Shown here: in pieces, positions 6,760-17,100 of the stretch
Numbering within the stretch: position 1 is the first letter of the stretch
Layout: each line of letters opens with the position of its first letter
The notes under the pieces: generated by a model
What the model saw: the letters and a program-made list of their open reading frames with translations, nothing else
Told to the model about the DNA's origin: nothing
Database searches by the model: none
IMG/VR virus record: IMGVR_UViG_3300044477_000056
Coordinates: 1 to 43,623 of that record
DNA from: a virus
Taxonomy: Duplodnaviria; Caudoviricetes
Strand: one strand, 5' to 3'
Length of the DNA stretch: 43,623 nt
Made by a program: the position numbers and the translations under genes

Positions 6760-8912
6760 CTCATTCTGAGATTGGCCGATGCCGTGCCAGTAATCGCCGC
6801 GCCGCCTGCCGCTTCTCCTGCCATTGCGCCGTTGTATAGTTTCCCGTATTCAGTGACTTCCCACACCCATGTGCCACCAGAAGGGAGCGTTACCTGTGCG
6901 CCTGAAAGACAATCAGCGTAGAAAACATTGCCGAGTATGTTTGTCGATGTGCGGTTGATTCTTGCACCTACCGAAGCGCCGGGGCCGAGAGCGGCGTCAA
7001 GTTGGGTCTTTGCCTTGGCGCCCCAATCGTCCACACCGCCCGCGAGGGTAGTCGTGCCGCCTGCGGGATTGACCGCTGTATGGTTCGTTCCGGATTCGCA
7101 AGCAACGGTGATCTGGTTGCCAAGGATTCCGGGGGTCTTTGCTGTGAGCGTCATTACCGCGCCAACAACCGCAGAGGACACAAGAGGGTGAACCGCCGCC
7201 GCCCAATACTTCGTGCCGTTATTTGTGCGGGCGACTTCCGAGATGGCAAGGGATTCGTTGGCAAGGTCTTCTTCTTTTGTCGCACCCTTTAATACCTCAC
7301 CCTCAACGCCCGGGGAAGCCGTAAGCGCCGCGACAAGGGTGTACTTTTTGCCGCCTATCGTATCACCCTTGGTTGCTGTTGCTACATCGCTGGCTGTGAT
7401 CGTCGCCGTTGCCGCAACTGGCACGCCTGCCGTGTCGCCAAGCTGGTTGTCAACACGGGCCGCTTCCTCGGACAGGGAACCGGGGAGGTATACAGCATTA
7501 GTCGGCGTATAAATGCCCAAATCTACTAGTTCAAGTACTTTGCCCAACTGATCGGCATTGCTCGCAAACCTCAAACCAATGTCAAACGTTGTTTGGTAGG
7601 TCTGTCGTATTATGCCGATGGCATATATATACCCGCCCATCCTGACTATCGATAAGTTATCCCAGCCACCGCCAGCGCTATCGAGAAATACAACATATGT
7701 AGCAGTAGGTGCGTCAACTATTTTTGCCCATACTATGTGTGGGCCCCCGACGATTGTACGCCTAACAAATAAAGATGTAGCGCTGCCCGCGCCCGTGGTT
7801 CGCAAATTCCCAGAAGCCGCTGTTGGCGCACTGCCATTCGGAGCCGTCCAGCCAGTAGTCGTCCATCCTCCGGCCAATGTTTGATACACCGCCGTCGCCC
7901 CATCGGGCATCCGGGTGCGTTTGGTGAGGAAGAAAGCAGCAAGGGCTGTGGCGTCTTTGAGCGATTTAACCGTGGGGAAAAGCACGTCGCTTGTGCCGGT
8001 GACGAGGTTCGCGGCAGTCGCCTTGAATGCGGCGATGAGTGCGGCCTTGAAGTTAGCCCACGTGATCTTTTTACTCGCCACGCCTACGGTGTCCGCGTAG
8101 TGCAATACGTCCGCATCTACCGGGGTGTCTTTTGCGGTGAGGCCGATTATCCACGCGTAGAGTTTGCCGGAAATATACGTAAACCAGTTCGCGGCGGTCG
8201 CGTATTTCGTAGAGCTGTCGGTTGAATCGGACAGCGATGTTTTATCCGCGTCAACAATCGTGGCTTTATTCGTCCCGCCCGCGATCAAAGCGCCCAAAGC
8301 CGTCCAAATTTTCGCCTTGATATTTGCCCATGTCGTTGTTTTCGTTACGTTCGACGCTTCGGTGTCAACGATAGCGATTTTATCAGCATCGGCTAGCGCG
8401 TCTTTATTGGTAGCGGCGTTAATTTTTGCTTGTATCCACGTCCAGATATTCGCAAACGTCCAGCGCGTTACAACGTTCGACGCGGCAGAGTCAATTCCGG
8501 CGAGAGAATCGGCGTCTATCGGCGTGGTTTTCGGCGTTGCTCCAAAGATTTTGGCTTGAATCCATGTCCATATGCTTGCAAAGCTAAACTTTGTAAGTAC
8601 GTTTGACGCGGCGGAATTGATACCTCCCAATGTGTCGGCATCGATAGGCGTAGTTTTTTCGGCTACGCCATGTATAGCCGCGCCAACATTGTCGGAATCC
8701 GTCACATCGGCACCGTCTTCAATATTAAGCGCGGCGCGCTGTGCGGCGGCGGTGGCGGCTTGGGTCAGTGTTCGTCCTGGGTCGGTTTCAAGGTCAAGAA
8801 TATCGGCACAGGCTTTTATCCCCGCTTCCCCATGGTTTAAGTCTGTCGCCATGCCAGCGGGAAGGACTTTGGTACTCCAATTTTTTTCAACATATCCTAT
8901 GTCAGTGGGCAT
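6741..8912 (-). CDS. Tail fibre / receptor-binding protein (723 aa)
   Basis: Ala/Thr/Gly-rich; five roughly 39-aa repeats (KTTPIDAD...WTWIQAKI); end of the tail module. Confidence 0.8.
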   Translation of the reverse strand: MPTDIGYVEKNWSTKVLPAGMATDLNHGEAGIKACADILDLETDPGRTLTQAATAAAQRAALNIEDGADVTDSDNVGAAIHGVAEKTTPIDADTLGGINSAASNVLTKFSFASIWTWIQAKIFGATPKTTPIDADSLAGIDSAASNVVTRWTFANIWTWIQAKINAATNKDALADADKIAIVDTEASNVTKTTTWANIKAKIWTALGALIAGGTNKATIVDADKTSLSDSTDSSTKYATAANWFTYISGKLYAWIIGLTAKDTPVDADVLHYADTVGVASKKITWANFKAALIAAFKATAANLVTGTSDVLFPTVKSLKDATALAAFFLTKRTRMPDGATAVYQTLAGGWTTTGWTAPNGSAPTAASGNLRTTGAGSATSLFVRRTIVGGPHIVWAKIVDAPTATYVVFLDSAGGGWDNLSIVRMGGYIYAIGIIRQTYQTTFDIGLRFASNADQLGKVLELVDLGIYTPTNAVYLPGSLSEEAARVDNQLGDTAGVPVAATATITASDVATATKGDTIGGKKYTLVAALTASPGVEGEVLKGATKEEDLANESLAISEVARTNNGTKYWAAAVHPLVSSAVVGAVMTLTAKTPGILGNQITVACESGTNHTAVNPAGGTTTLAGGVDDWGAKAKTQLDAALGPGASVGARINRTSTNILGNVFYADCLSGAQVTLPSGGTWVWEVTEYGKLYNGAMAGEAAGGAAITGTASANLRMRCQRKS

Positions 8913-9135
8913 TTTCAGCTCCTTTCGGTTCTTTTTTAACCGGATTCGCTTTGGCTATTTCAAGCAATTTTTCGCTTTCCTGCAAGGCTCCGTCAATGAC
9001 GGCAATGCCTTGTTTTTCTTTTGCAAGCCTATTTTCAAGCTGAAATATACTGTAAGTGAACTGTTCGCGCTTCGTTTTGAGCGTTGCTATTTCGTGTTCT
9101 ATGATTTTTGCGTCAAGCATCAGTCTTTTTTTCAC
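8902..9135 (-). CDS. Small coiled-coil tail accessory protein or chaperone
   Basis: Heptad pattern; lies between fibre genes. Confidence 0.65.
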   Translation of the reverse strand: MKKRLMLDAKIIEHEIATLKTKREQFTYSIFQLENRLAKEKQGIAVIDGALQESEKLLEIAKANPVKKEPKGAENAH

Positions 9136-9145
9136 GTTCCCCCCC

Positions 9146-9982
9146 CTATACTATTGCCGTTATGATACCATTCTTAACCGTAAGCGTACCAGAAGTAAAG
9201 GTACCACTCACGCCCGCTGAACCATCATTCGCCACAAACGAAGCGGCTTTTATTTTTGAATTGCAGTTTATTCCGTATCCTGTCCCCGCGTTATTTATCT
9301 GCAAAACATCGCCTGAGTCTGTTGCGTTCAGCAATTCAAAAAGCACAAGGTCGGCAGTCTGTGCGTAGTTTGCCGCGTTTCTTGCGATAATCGCCTGGGG
9401 GACTCCCGTTGAATCGACGACAACCCGAAGGCCGGGAATTGTTTCAGCGCCGTTTATAAGTATGTCGAGGCGAGCGGTCGGCGTTGCGTCGTTCAGCCCA
9501 AGGCATCCGTTCGCGCCGTCAAGCGTCATGTGAATTACTTCGGTAAGCGTTGCGCCGACAAGGGCATTCGTAACCCACATCCAACGGGAACGAACGGTTC
9601 CGGTAAAGTTTGAAAGCACATCAACGGCGCGCAGATCGTCGTCGTAATTTAGATATGAAAGGTCTCGTACATGGTCTTCGCCAAAAATATCGCTGTTTAG
9701 GTGGAGAGAAAGCGTTGCTTCAAGCTCAGCGCCAGCGTTGGGAGAACGTATCTCGAAGATGGTAAATTCTTTCGTAGCGTCGGTATTTCTCAGCGTAACG
9801 ATTTCGTCAGTCGTGGAAGGAATATCATGCGGCCATAGTTCATAATCGCCAAGAATGCTGGAAAGCATGGTTTCCCACGAAACGCGGTAGGTTCCCGATG
9901 CGTCCGTAACAGGGAAATAAAGGCTATCAGCCATTGCTAAAATTTCCGTGAGGCTTATTATTTTCACACCATTTTCAACCAT
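9146..9982 (-). CDS. Tail fibre or spike protein
   Basis: KIISLTE N-terminus, LGLNDATPTARLDI repeat, TLTVKNGIITAI C-terminus. Confidence 0.75.
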   Translation of the reverse strand: MVENGVKIISLTEILAMADSLYFPVTDASGTYRVSWETMLSSILGDYELWPHDIPSTTDEIVTLRNTDATKEFTIFEIRSPNAGAELEATLSLHLNSDIFGEDHVRDLSYLNYDDDLRAVDVLSNFTGTVRSRWMWVTNALVGATLTEVIHMTLDGANGCLGLNDATPTARLDILINGAETIPGLRVVVDSTGVPQAIIARNAANYAQTADLVLFELLNATDSGDVLQINNAGTGYGINCNSKIKAASFVANDGSAGVSGTFTSGTLTVKNGIITAIV

Positions 9983-9985
9983 GGT

Positions 9986-12721
9986 TTACTCCGTTAAAAG
10001 CATCATGCCGTCATCGTCGGTAAGGTAGAAAAGCTCTCCCGCCGATTCCGTAAGCAACGATACCGTGTCCGTCACATCTTCAATAAGCGCCAAGGTCACA
10101 TCATTGGTTTCGGTTGATATGTCGGGATTTATGCCAAGGATAATCGCCCGCCATACGCCTACCCAGCGCCTTGACCCTATGATTGTCGCCGCGTCTTGGT
10201 CATATCCTATAGGAACAAGCTCAATAATGCCAGTGTCGTAAATGCGAAGGGAAAGTAACGAAGATCCCATTACCTTCACCGTCGCTATCATGCGGGCGGT
10301 CGAGTATTTTTCAGCCTTCAGTAAAGCGCACGCCGCGGCGAGTTCTTGCGTTTGTAAAAGCGTGTCGAATTCAAGTTGCGGTTCTTGCCGGTACGAAAGC
10401 TGAACGGCTGTTTTCTTTGATGTGTCGATAACGGAAAGGTCTTCATCCTCAGCGTAATCGTGGCCGTAGTTCACCTTCACCGTTGCGGCAAGAAGGTCTG
10501 AGTCGGTGGTAACTTCAACGTCTTCAATGTTGGCTATGTCTTCTCTTGCAATATGAAAGGACGAATCGCGTTCCCAATCGTCAACCCTCGCCGTCCGTTC
10601 ACCGTCAGCCTCGAATTCATAACGGAAGCCTACGTTTGCCCCGCCTTGAAGTTTCCGAATAAGTTCATAAAGCTCAGTCTGTGAATCGATATAAATGCCG
10701 ATGTTTGATAGCGCCGCTTTGGCAGCCGCCCATTCCGTCGTGTCATATTCACCAGCAATATACTGAACGCCAAGATAGCGAAGGTTAAGATCAGTGATAA
10801 CATCAACAGGGTTTGCGGAATTTCCAGAAACAATAGCGTCATACAATTCATTCAACGTCATATCAAAATAACACTGATAACTCGATGCCTGATTGTACAT
10901 ATAGCCCATGAGAAGGCCGTAAGTTTTCGACGATGGAAGCACAACAAGGTCAGGGTCGGCGGTGTGCATCCCCGCGTAAAGCACTTCAAAATACGGCGAT
11001 TCAGTCCACGAAGCGGGGTCTGAAAGGTCAGCGGTAATTGAAGCGTAATTCGCCATGATTTGCCAATATGTGCGTCCCTTAGTGTTTACCGATCCGGCAA
11101 GTACAAGAATGGCGTCACGGTCGGAAATGATTTTTATCTCAGGATTCCCACCGCCTGGAATTATTTGTTCAGTGGAAAGGTTTGTCTCAAAGCTGAATCC
11201 TCCGGCAATGAGGTCAGTAAGGCTTCCATGCGAATACCCAAGGCCGACATCGGACTGATCTGCAGAAACGCCGCACTCAATGACAAAATGCATCGTGTCG
11301 CCGTCTTCATCCATGCAGATTGCCGGATTCCAGAAATGCCGATAGATCGAGGAAGTGTCAGCACTTCGTGACATGACGGGGCTTCCACCGTTCAAGATTG
11401 TCCACGCCATGCCAGTTAGCGAGCGATACATATAAAGCGGGCCTTGATCGACGATATGCGTAGTGCAATAGAAATAGCCGTCATAATAAAATACATGGGG
11501 GAATCGGCAGGCCGATATATTGGAAGCACCAACGACATGAAGCACACGGCACAGCGCATCATTTGCCCATGCGTAATTGAGTGCGCCACCACCTGCCGAA
11601 TAAAATACTTTGCATATATCGTCAATCATTACTCTGCTTGTTTCTTGCGCTCCCGCGATTAAAGGATTGTTCACTTCATCAATGCGCGGAATAATCTTAT
11701 TCACATCAAGGACGCGGCATTCGTAAGGGTTATTTGACGCATCTCGGCCAATGGCGTCGGAAAGTGTGAAGGATCCAGAAGCAAGGTCAACGCTGTTCGT
11801 CGCCACCGTAACCCATACGTCCTGATCGTTCACCGTCTTTTTTACCTGAACCGTCCCCATTGATACGATTGATTGCGCAATCCGGTATTCTACAATACCA
11901 CTTTCGGTTTTCCAATTCGTGCGGATAGGCGTAAGCGCGGGAACATAGCCATAAAGTAAAGGGATAGGCTTATCTATTTGAGCGTCTTCAATGTCGGGAT
12001 AATCGACGGCGTTGAAAAGTTCGGTCGGTACTTTTATATTTTGCGCTTTCCTGCGGTCTTGGAGGTTGAGCGTATTTTTCTGCAAGGTGGCCGAAAAGTC
12101 TTCAACATAAAGCGCGGCAAGGTAGGTTAAAGCAGAGCGAAGATATGTATCGACGCCTTTTATATCTTCAAGCCGTGCTATCTGGCATTCAAAGCCGAAA
12201 GGAGGATTATCAAGCATCCAATCAATATCGCCATTATGGTTTTTAAGTGTCACGGCACCCGAAAGGAAAGCAAGGGAATCGTATGCCTCAAGGTCTTGGG
12301 TTTGCTCAAGGGACGGTATCGAGTCGATAATGGGTGAGTAAAAAATGTCGTCGATGTAAACGGCGCGTTCCTTGCTGTAGCCGTATGTTTTTCCGTATTG
12401 GTACACAGGGCCGATAGGATATTGATCGTGTTCAAGGTGAATGTATAGCCGCTGATTCGCGTTGTCCCAATAGAACGACTGTTCCGTGGAAACACAGGTA
12501 GCGGGCGACGTTACCGCCGCATAGCGATTGATTCCGTCCCGCGTAAACGAAGCAATATACATAGTCTCAACAGAACTTTCCGCAGGCGCTCCGAACGCTG
12601 TTGCCCAATAGTCAGCGGTCGCCCATACGCCGGGGTATACCGCCCATATGAAGGGACGGATATTCGCCCAAGCGGGCGAGGGCGTAGGAACGGAAAGCTC
12701 GAAGATTGTCACGTTATACAA
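9986..12721 (-). CDS. Tail tip / baseplate hub protein with an inserted beta-propeller-like domain
   Basis: 911 aa after the distal tail genes; IPLLYG and NPVDVITDL hub-like motifs. Confidence 0.75.
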   Translation of the reverse strand: MYNVTIFELSVPTPSPAWANIRPFIWAVYPGVWATADYWATAFGAPAESSVETMYIASFTRDGINRYAAVTSPATCVSTEQSFYWDNANQRLYIHLEHDQYPIGPVYQYGKTYGYSKERAVYIDDIFYSPIIDSIPSLEQTQDLEAYDSLAFLSGAVTLKNHNGDIDWMLDNPPFGFECQIARLEDIKGVDTYLRSALTYLAALYVEDFSATLQKNTLNLQDRRKAQNIKVPTELFNAVDYPDIEDAQIDKPIPLLYGYVPALTPIRTNWKTESGIVEYRIAQSIVSMGTVQVKKTVNDQDVWVTVATNSVDLASGSFTLSDAIGRDASNNPYECRVLDVNKIIPRIDEVNNPLIAGAQETSRVMIDDICKVFYSAGGGALNYAWANDALCRVLHVVGASNISACRFPHVFYYDGYFYCTTHIVDQGPLYMYRSLTGMAWTILNGGSPVMSRSADTSSIYRHFWNPAICMDEDGDTMHFVIECGVSADQSDVGLGYSHGSLTDLIAGGFSFETNLSTEQIIPGGGNPEIKIISDRDAILVLAGSVNTKGRTYWQIMANYASITADLSDPASWTESPYFEVLYAGMHTADPDLVVLPSSKTYGLLMGYMYNQASSYQCYFDMTLNELYDAIVSGNSANPVDVITDLNLRYLGVQYIAGEYDTTEWAAAKAALSNIGIYIDSQTELYELIRKLQGGANVGFRYEFEADGERTARVDDWERDSSFHIAREDIANIEDVEVTTDSDLLAATVKVNYGHDYAEDEDLSVIDTSKKTAVQLSYRQEPQLEFDTLLQTQELAAACALLKAEKYSTARMIATVKVMGSSLLSLRIYDTGIIELVPIGYDQDAATIIGSRRWVGVWRAIILGINPDISTETNDVTLALIEDVTDTVSLLTESAGELFYLTDDDGMMLLTE

Positions 12722-13388
12722 GCCTCACTGCTGTAACTTGTGTTTCAGTTGATAATCCACCCGGCGCAAACACCGTTCCACCGTCGCACACGCCTATTGT
12801 TAAACTTCTAAATGTTGAACCTTGTGCTTGAGATATAAATAAATACAGCCATTTTTCGTCAGAATCTGTTCCTATTGTTTTTGTTATATCTAACGCATTG
12901 GCAAGATCGATTTCACCGGATTGCGTCCCCTCGAAAAGAGTGCTTTGTAAAATTGTTTTTGCCCATAGGGAAGCTACATTTTTACCATCAATCGATCTAA
13001 GATTTATTGCTAAAATCGCACCATTTGAATAAGCTTTTGTTTCATCGAATTCGTACAAGTTCCCCGACACGTCATAGTAGCCATTCCACGTACTTGACCA
13101 CGTAACCCCCGTCAGGTCGGCAACAAAAGACGGCGCAAGGGTGAGGCCGTCGACGGAGACGGTCAGCTTCACGTAATCCGACGCGCTTCCGGTGATAGCA
13201 GTATCAGCGTCCGCGAGGTATGTTGCCCCGCCAACCTGAAAGACAGCGCCTTTAAGTATATTTGACCCTGAAACTCGCTGAGCGCCTTGGACGGCCAAGA
13301 GGAGAGCTTTGGTGAGGTTATTTTGCGCCGTGTAATCAGCGATTGCGGACGGAGTAGCCGATGGATCTATTATTTTATTGATCGCCAT
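12714..13388 (-). CDS. Minor tail protein
   Basis: Position and composition. Confidence 0.65.
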   Translation of the reverse strand: MAINKIIDPSATPSAIADYTAQNNLTKALLLAVQGAQRVSGSNILKGAVFQVGGATYLADADTAITGSASDYVKLTVSVDGLTLAPSFVADLTGVTWSSTWNGYYDVSGNLYEFDETKAYSNGAILAINLRSIDGKNVASLWAKTILQSTLFEGTQSGEIDLANALDITKTIGTDSDEKWLYLFISQAQGSTFRSLTIGVCDGGTVFAPGGLSTETQVTAVRLV

Positions 13389-14176
13389 TATCGAGCCTCC
13401 TGGAAAGTAAGGGAGAAACTATACACATTATCATTTTTTGCTATCGATTCCATACCGTTAATTGTAGCATATAACGGCTTCACTGTGGCGAATGAATTTT
13501 CAAAAGGCGCGATCCAGAGGGGCGTATACTTCCCCGCCGCTTTGACTATGGCTTTCACTTCGTTGAAAATCGCAAAACTGTTGGTCATAAAATTATACAC
13601 GTGAGAGCGCAAAGGCTCGATGTACTGGCCTAGCACCTGGCCGTCGAGCGTCTGAACGCCAAAAGAGTTATCGACAAGGCCGTGTTGCCAGTCGTTCACC
13701 GGGTCGGGCATCACATAGGAAAGCCCTATTCCAAGGCCGCCGAGGTAGACCGTCATCAACGCCGCGTCGCCATCAGCGGCCATGAGAACCTTCGCAGAGC
13801 GGACGCCAGCCACCGCCGCGAATACCGCGCCAAGTTCGTCATCGGTGAACTGTGAGGAGTAAAGAAGCGCGGAGGCAGAGTCGTAAAGCCTCAGCTCGAT
13901 TTGTTTCGCGTTCGTGTAGCCAAGCATGACGGTATCAATGGTCTGGTCTGTATCCCAGGTAAGCGTGAGGGCGCTTGTTTCGTCGCTTATGTCGAAAACA
14001 ACTTCGCCTGTGTAGGTTATCGGCGTACCGGAATACGTAACATCGGGATAGTCGATAATTTGCTGGAACTTTTTTTTCAAGAAAACGTGTTTCAAGTTGG
14101 CGAGCGGATAGTTTACCGAAGTCCCTCCGGCTGAAAGTGTCGCGGTGTCAAGAAGATTGGTATTAAGTATTCTCAT
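13388..14176 (-). CDS. Distal tail / baseplate protein
   Basis: Directly after the tape measure gene; ends YSFSLTFQEAR. Confidence 0.7.
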   Translation of the reverse strand: MRILNTNLLDTATLSAGGTSVNYPLANLKHVFLKKKFQQIIDYPDVTYSGTPITYTGEVVFDISDETSALTLTWDTDQTIDTVMLGYTNAKQIELRLYDSASALLYSSQFTDDELGAVFAAVAGVRSAKVLMAADGDAALMTVYLGGLGIGLSYVMPDPVNDWQHGLVDNSFGVQTLDGQVLGQYIEPLRSHVYNFMTNSFAIFNEVKAIVKAAGKYTPLWIAPFENSFATVKPLYATINGMESIAKNDNVYSFSLTFQEAR

Positions 14177-17100
14177 TTTGCCGTCAACCTCACTTCGCCA
14201 TTATTTATCCGTTTCACCGTAGACTGCGCGAGAAGTTTTCCATCAAGGTAAATCGGAACCGTAACCGTCCCGCCGCCAGCCGCATTTATTTTTGACGCTA
14301 TTTTGTCGGCAAACGCTGAAAGCACGGCGTCCCCGATAGCGCTATCGTTAAGTAGCAATTCAGGGCTTCCATTCTCAGCGACGTTTACAAGCCCGCCACC
14401 TCCCGATGGTAGCACAATACCGCCTGTTGCGGCACTAGGAGCGTTGGGCTTTGCGGCGACAAGCGCGGCCATCTGGACGGCTCCTGCGGCACCGGACAAC
14501 CCCGCCATGATGAAGTTCCAAGGAGGCGCGGAAGAGGAAAGGGCTTTGAGTATCGACATTGCCACGTCGCCCGCCGCCGTAACGATGTTTGACTGATATT
14601 CCGCGAGGTCGGCTTCGTATTGTAACTGTAGCTTCTTTTTTTCGTATTCTTCGTCAAGGTCGTAAAGGGCAAGATTTTTTTCCGCTTCGGCTTTTGCTTC
14701 CTCGTCGTTGTTGGCGATAGCGTCAGCGAGTTCAGCTTCCAATGCTTCGCGCTTCGTTTTCCCATCGTTTTCGAGAAGTTCGCGCTGTTTGTCATAATAC
14801 TCGGTAAGCGCATCGATTTGATCGGAGATACCTTCGGTGAATATGTCGGTGAAGGAACCTATGGCGTCTTCAATCTGCGACCATACTGTATCGACGTTGC
14901 TGACAAGATCGCTAAATTCCTTTTTGGCTTTGTCAAGGTTGAGCTGATTGATTATCTCTTGGAGCCATTGCCATTCTTGGCTTGTTTTTGCAACGCCATC
15001 CTGTATTTCTTTAAAATCCTCGATCTGCTGATCGGTGGAATATTTCGCTGAGGCCACAATGTCTTCGTATTGTTTCTGAATCCATGCGCTTGTATCGAAA
15101 GATTTTATTGTCGCGTTCTTTGCCGCTTCGATGTCGGTTATTTCTTTGCCCGCCGAAAACGCCGCTTTGACTTCGGCAAGAACAGCCTCAAGCATAACCT
15201 TCCGGCGCATATCTTTTTCATCGTTGATATCTTTCGTTAAGTCTTCTTCGGAATCAGCGATATACTTATTTCTATCGTCAAAGTATTTTTCAATGCGCTT
15301 CGTGTTTTCTTCAACGCTATCGGCGTATTCGTCGCCTGAGTCTTCGGCCATACGTGCGGCATACTCGGCATCAAAAGCAACTTGACCAAGGTTTATAAAC
15401 TCGGTGGATAGCGTATCTTTAAACGCAAGCATATCCATATCGAAGCGGTCAAACTCTTTCAAGAAATTGCGCGTAAGGTCAAGTGTAGATTTTATGAGGG
15501 AGGCACGTTCTTCGATAGCGTCAGCGGTAGAAAGCTCGCCGGAATCCTCTTTATCTTTTATTTCCTGGTAGGCTTCGCTGTAGTCTTTCTTGATCTTGTA
15601 CTTTTGGAATTCAGCGCCGGACACAAGGCTTGTGAGGGCTTTTTCTGATTTTATCGCTTCGCTGAGCGCCGTTTCCCCCACGTCAGTCCAGAAGTTTTCA
15701 GCGGTAAACTTGAGGAGGGCAAGGCTATCTACTTGCGCCGTGGTTGCGCTCAGGAGTGCTTTGTTGAATTCTTCGGGATCGCCCTTTATGTCATAGACGC
15801 TTTGCGCTATGGCTTTGGCTTTTGCAAACGTTTTACCTATTTCTTCAAAGGTTGCGTCAACCTGTTCACTTGAAATAATGCTTCCAGATAATGCCTGAGC
15901 TTTTCGCAAATTATTGAAAAAAGTCATCACTTCTTCGTCAGCGTTTCCGAACTCGTTGATAAAGCGAGATATTTCGATAATGGCGCTTTCGGTAGCTTCT
16001 TTCGTTTCTTGCGCGGCCTGTAGCGGGGTGAAGTCGGATATAGTTGATTGCTTTATAGCAATATCGCCTATTGCTTTGTTGTATGCGTCGATAATTGAAT
16101 TTTTCTGTTTAAGCTTATCGTTTTCGGCATCAAGTACGTCGGCGTCAGATAATACAAGCTGGCTGTAGGTTTTCTGCTTTTCAATCCAAGCGTCGAGAAG
16201 TGCTTGATTTTTAGATCCCCACAGTTCAGGATAAATGCCGCTCAGTTTCGCAAGGGCTTCCACTGTAGCATCGGCTGCCGATGACATTTTTTTATTAAAT
16301 TCAAAGTCGTCAAGGTGAAGATTTTTCGCTTCGGCAAGTTGCGCCTGATAATTTGCTAACGCCTCGCTTTTTGATTTTGCAAAATCAGCTTCGCGTTCAG
16401 CGGCTTTAAAGGCGGCATCGGCAGCATCGGCCTCTGCTTTTGCTTTTGTTCTTGCGTCTTTCGACGTTGATTCAGCGGCTCTTTTGCTTGCAAGATTTGC
16501 GGCTTTTTGAAGATTAAGCCTTTGCTGTAGCACGGCTATTTCAGCGTCATACGCTTCAAGTATAAGTTTTGACTGTTCGGAAAGCCCTTCCGACGCAAGC
16601 TGGAAACGCTTTTTTTGCGCCGCGGCGAGTTCGGCCTCAGCGACAAGCACCTTTTCATCGACGGTAAGAGGGGCAACTTCTGCGCCGCCCTTTAATTCTT
16701 TGCTACGTTTCACGGCATCGTTAAGGTCGTTTTGATGCTTTGTTGCTTCGTATAGTCGGTCGGCGATATCTTTTATCGCTTTTCGCCATCCAATAAGCCA
16801 TCCAGAACTTGAAATAGCGCGGCCTATTTCTTCTTTTAGTTCTTTGATTGACTTATCTTTCATTGTTTTGAGCTGGGAGTCTGCTTCACCGACAGCGCGC
16901 GCCGCCCCGCCATACGCTCGCGTCAGCTCTTCAAGAATAATCGCCTGAGCTTTTTCAATTTGCCCAGCGGCCTCAAACGCCTTAATCATGGACATTTGCT
17001 GATCGGTAAACTTGAAGCCCTGCCTGCGAAGTCCATCGAGCATTTTTGACGGATACTCAAGGGCCTTGCCTACGGCCTGAGCGGAGGAAGTAAGGTCATA

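Noticed and set aside
6741-9982. Diversity-generating retroelement or invertible fibre cassette
   Set aside because: No reverse transcriptase or invertase, and no template/variable repeat pair or flanking inverted repeats noticed
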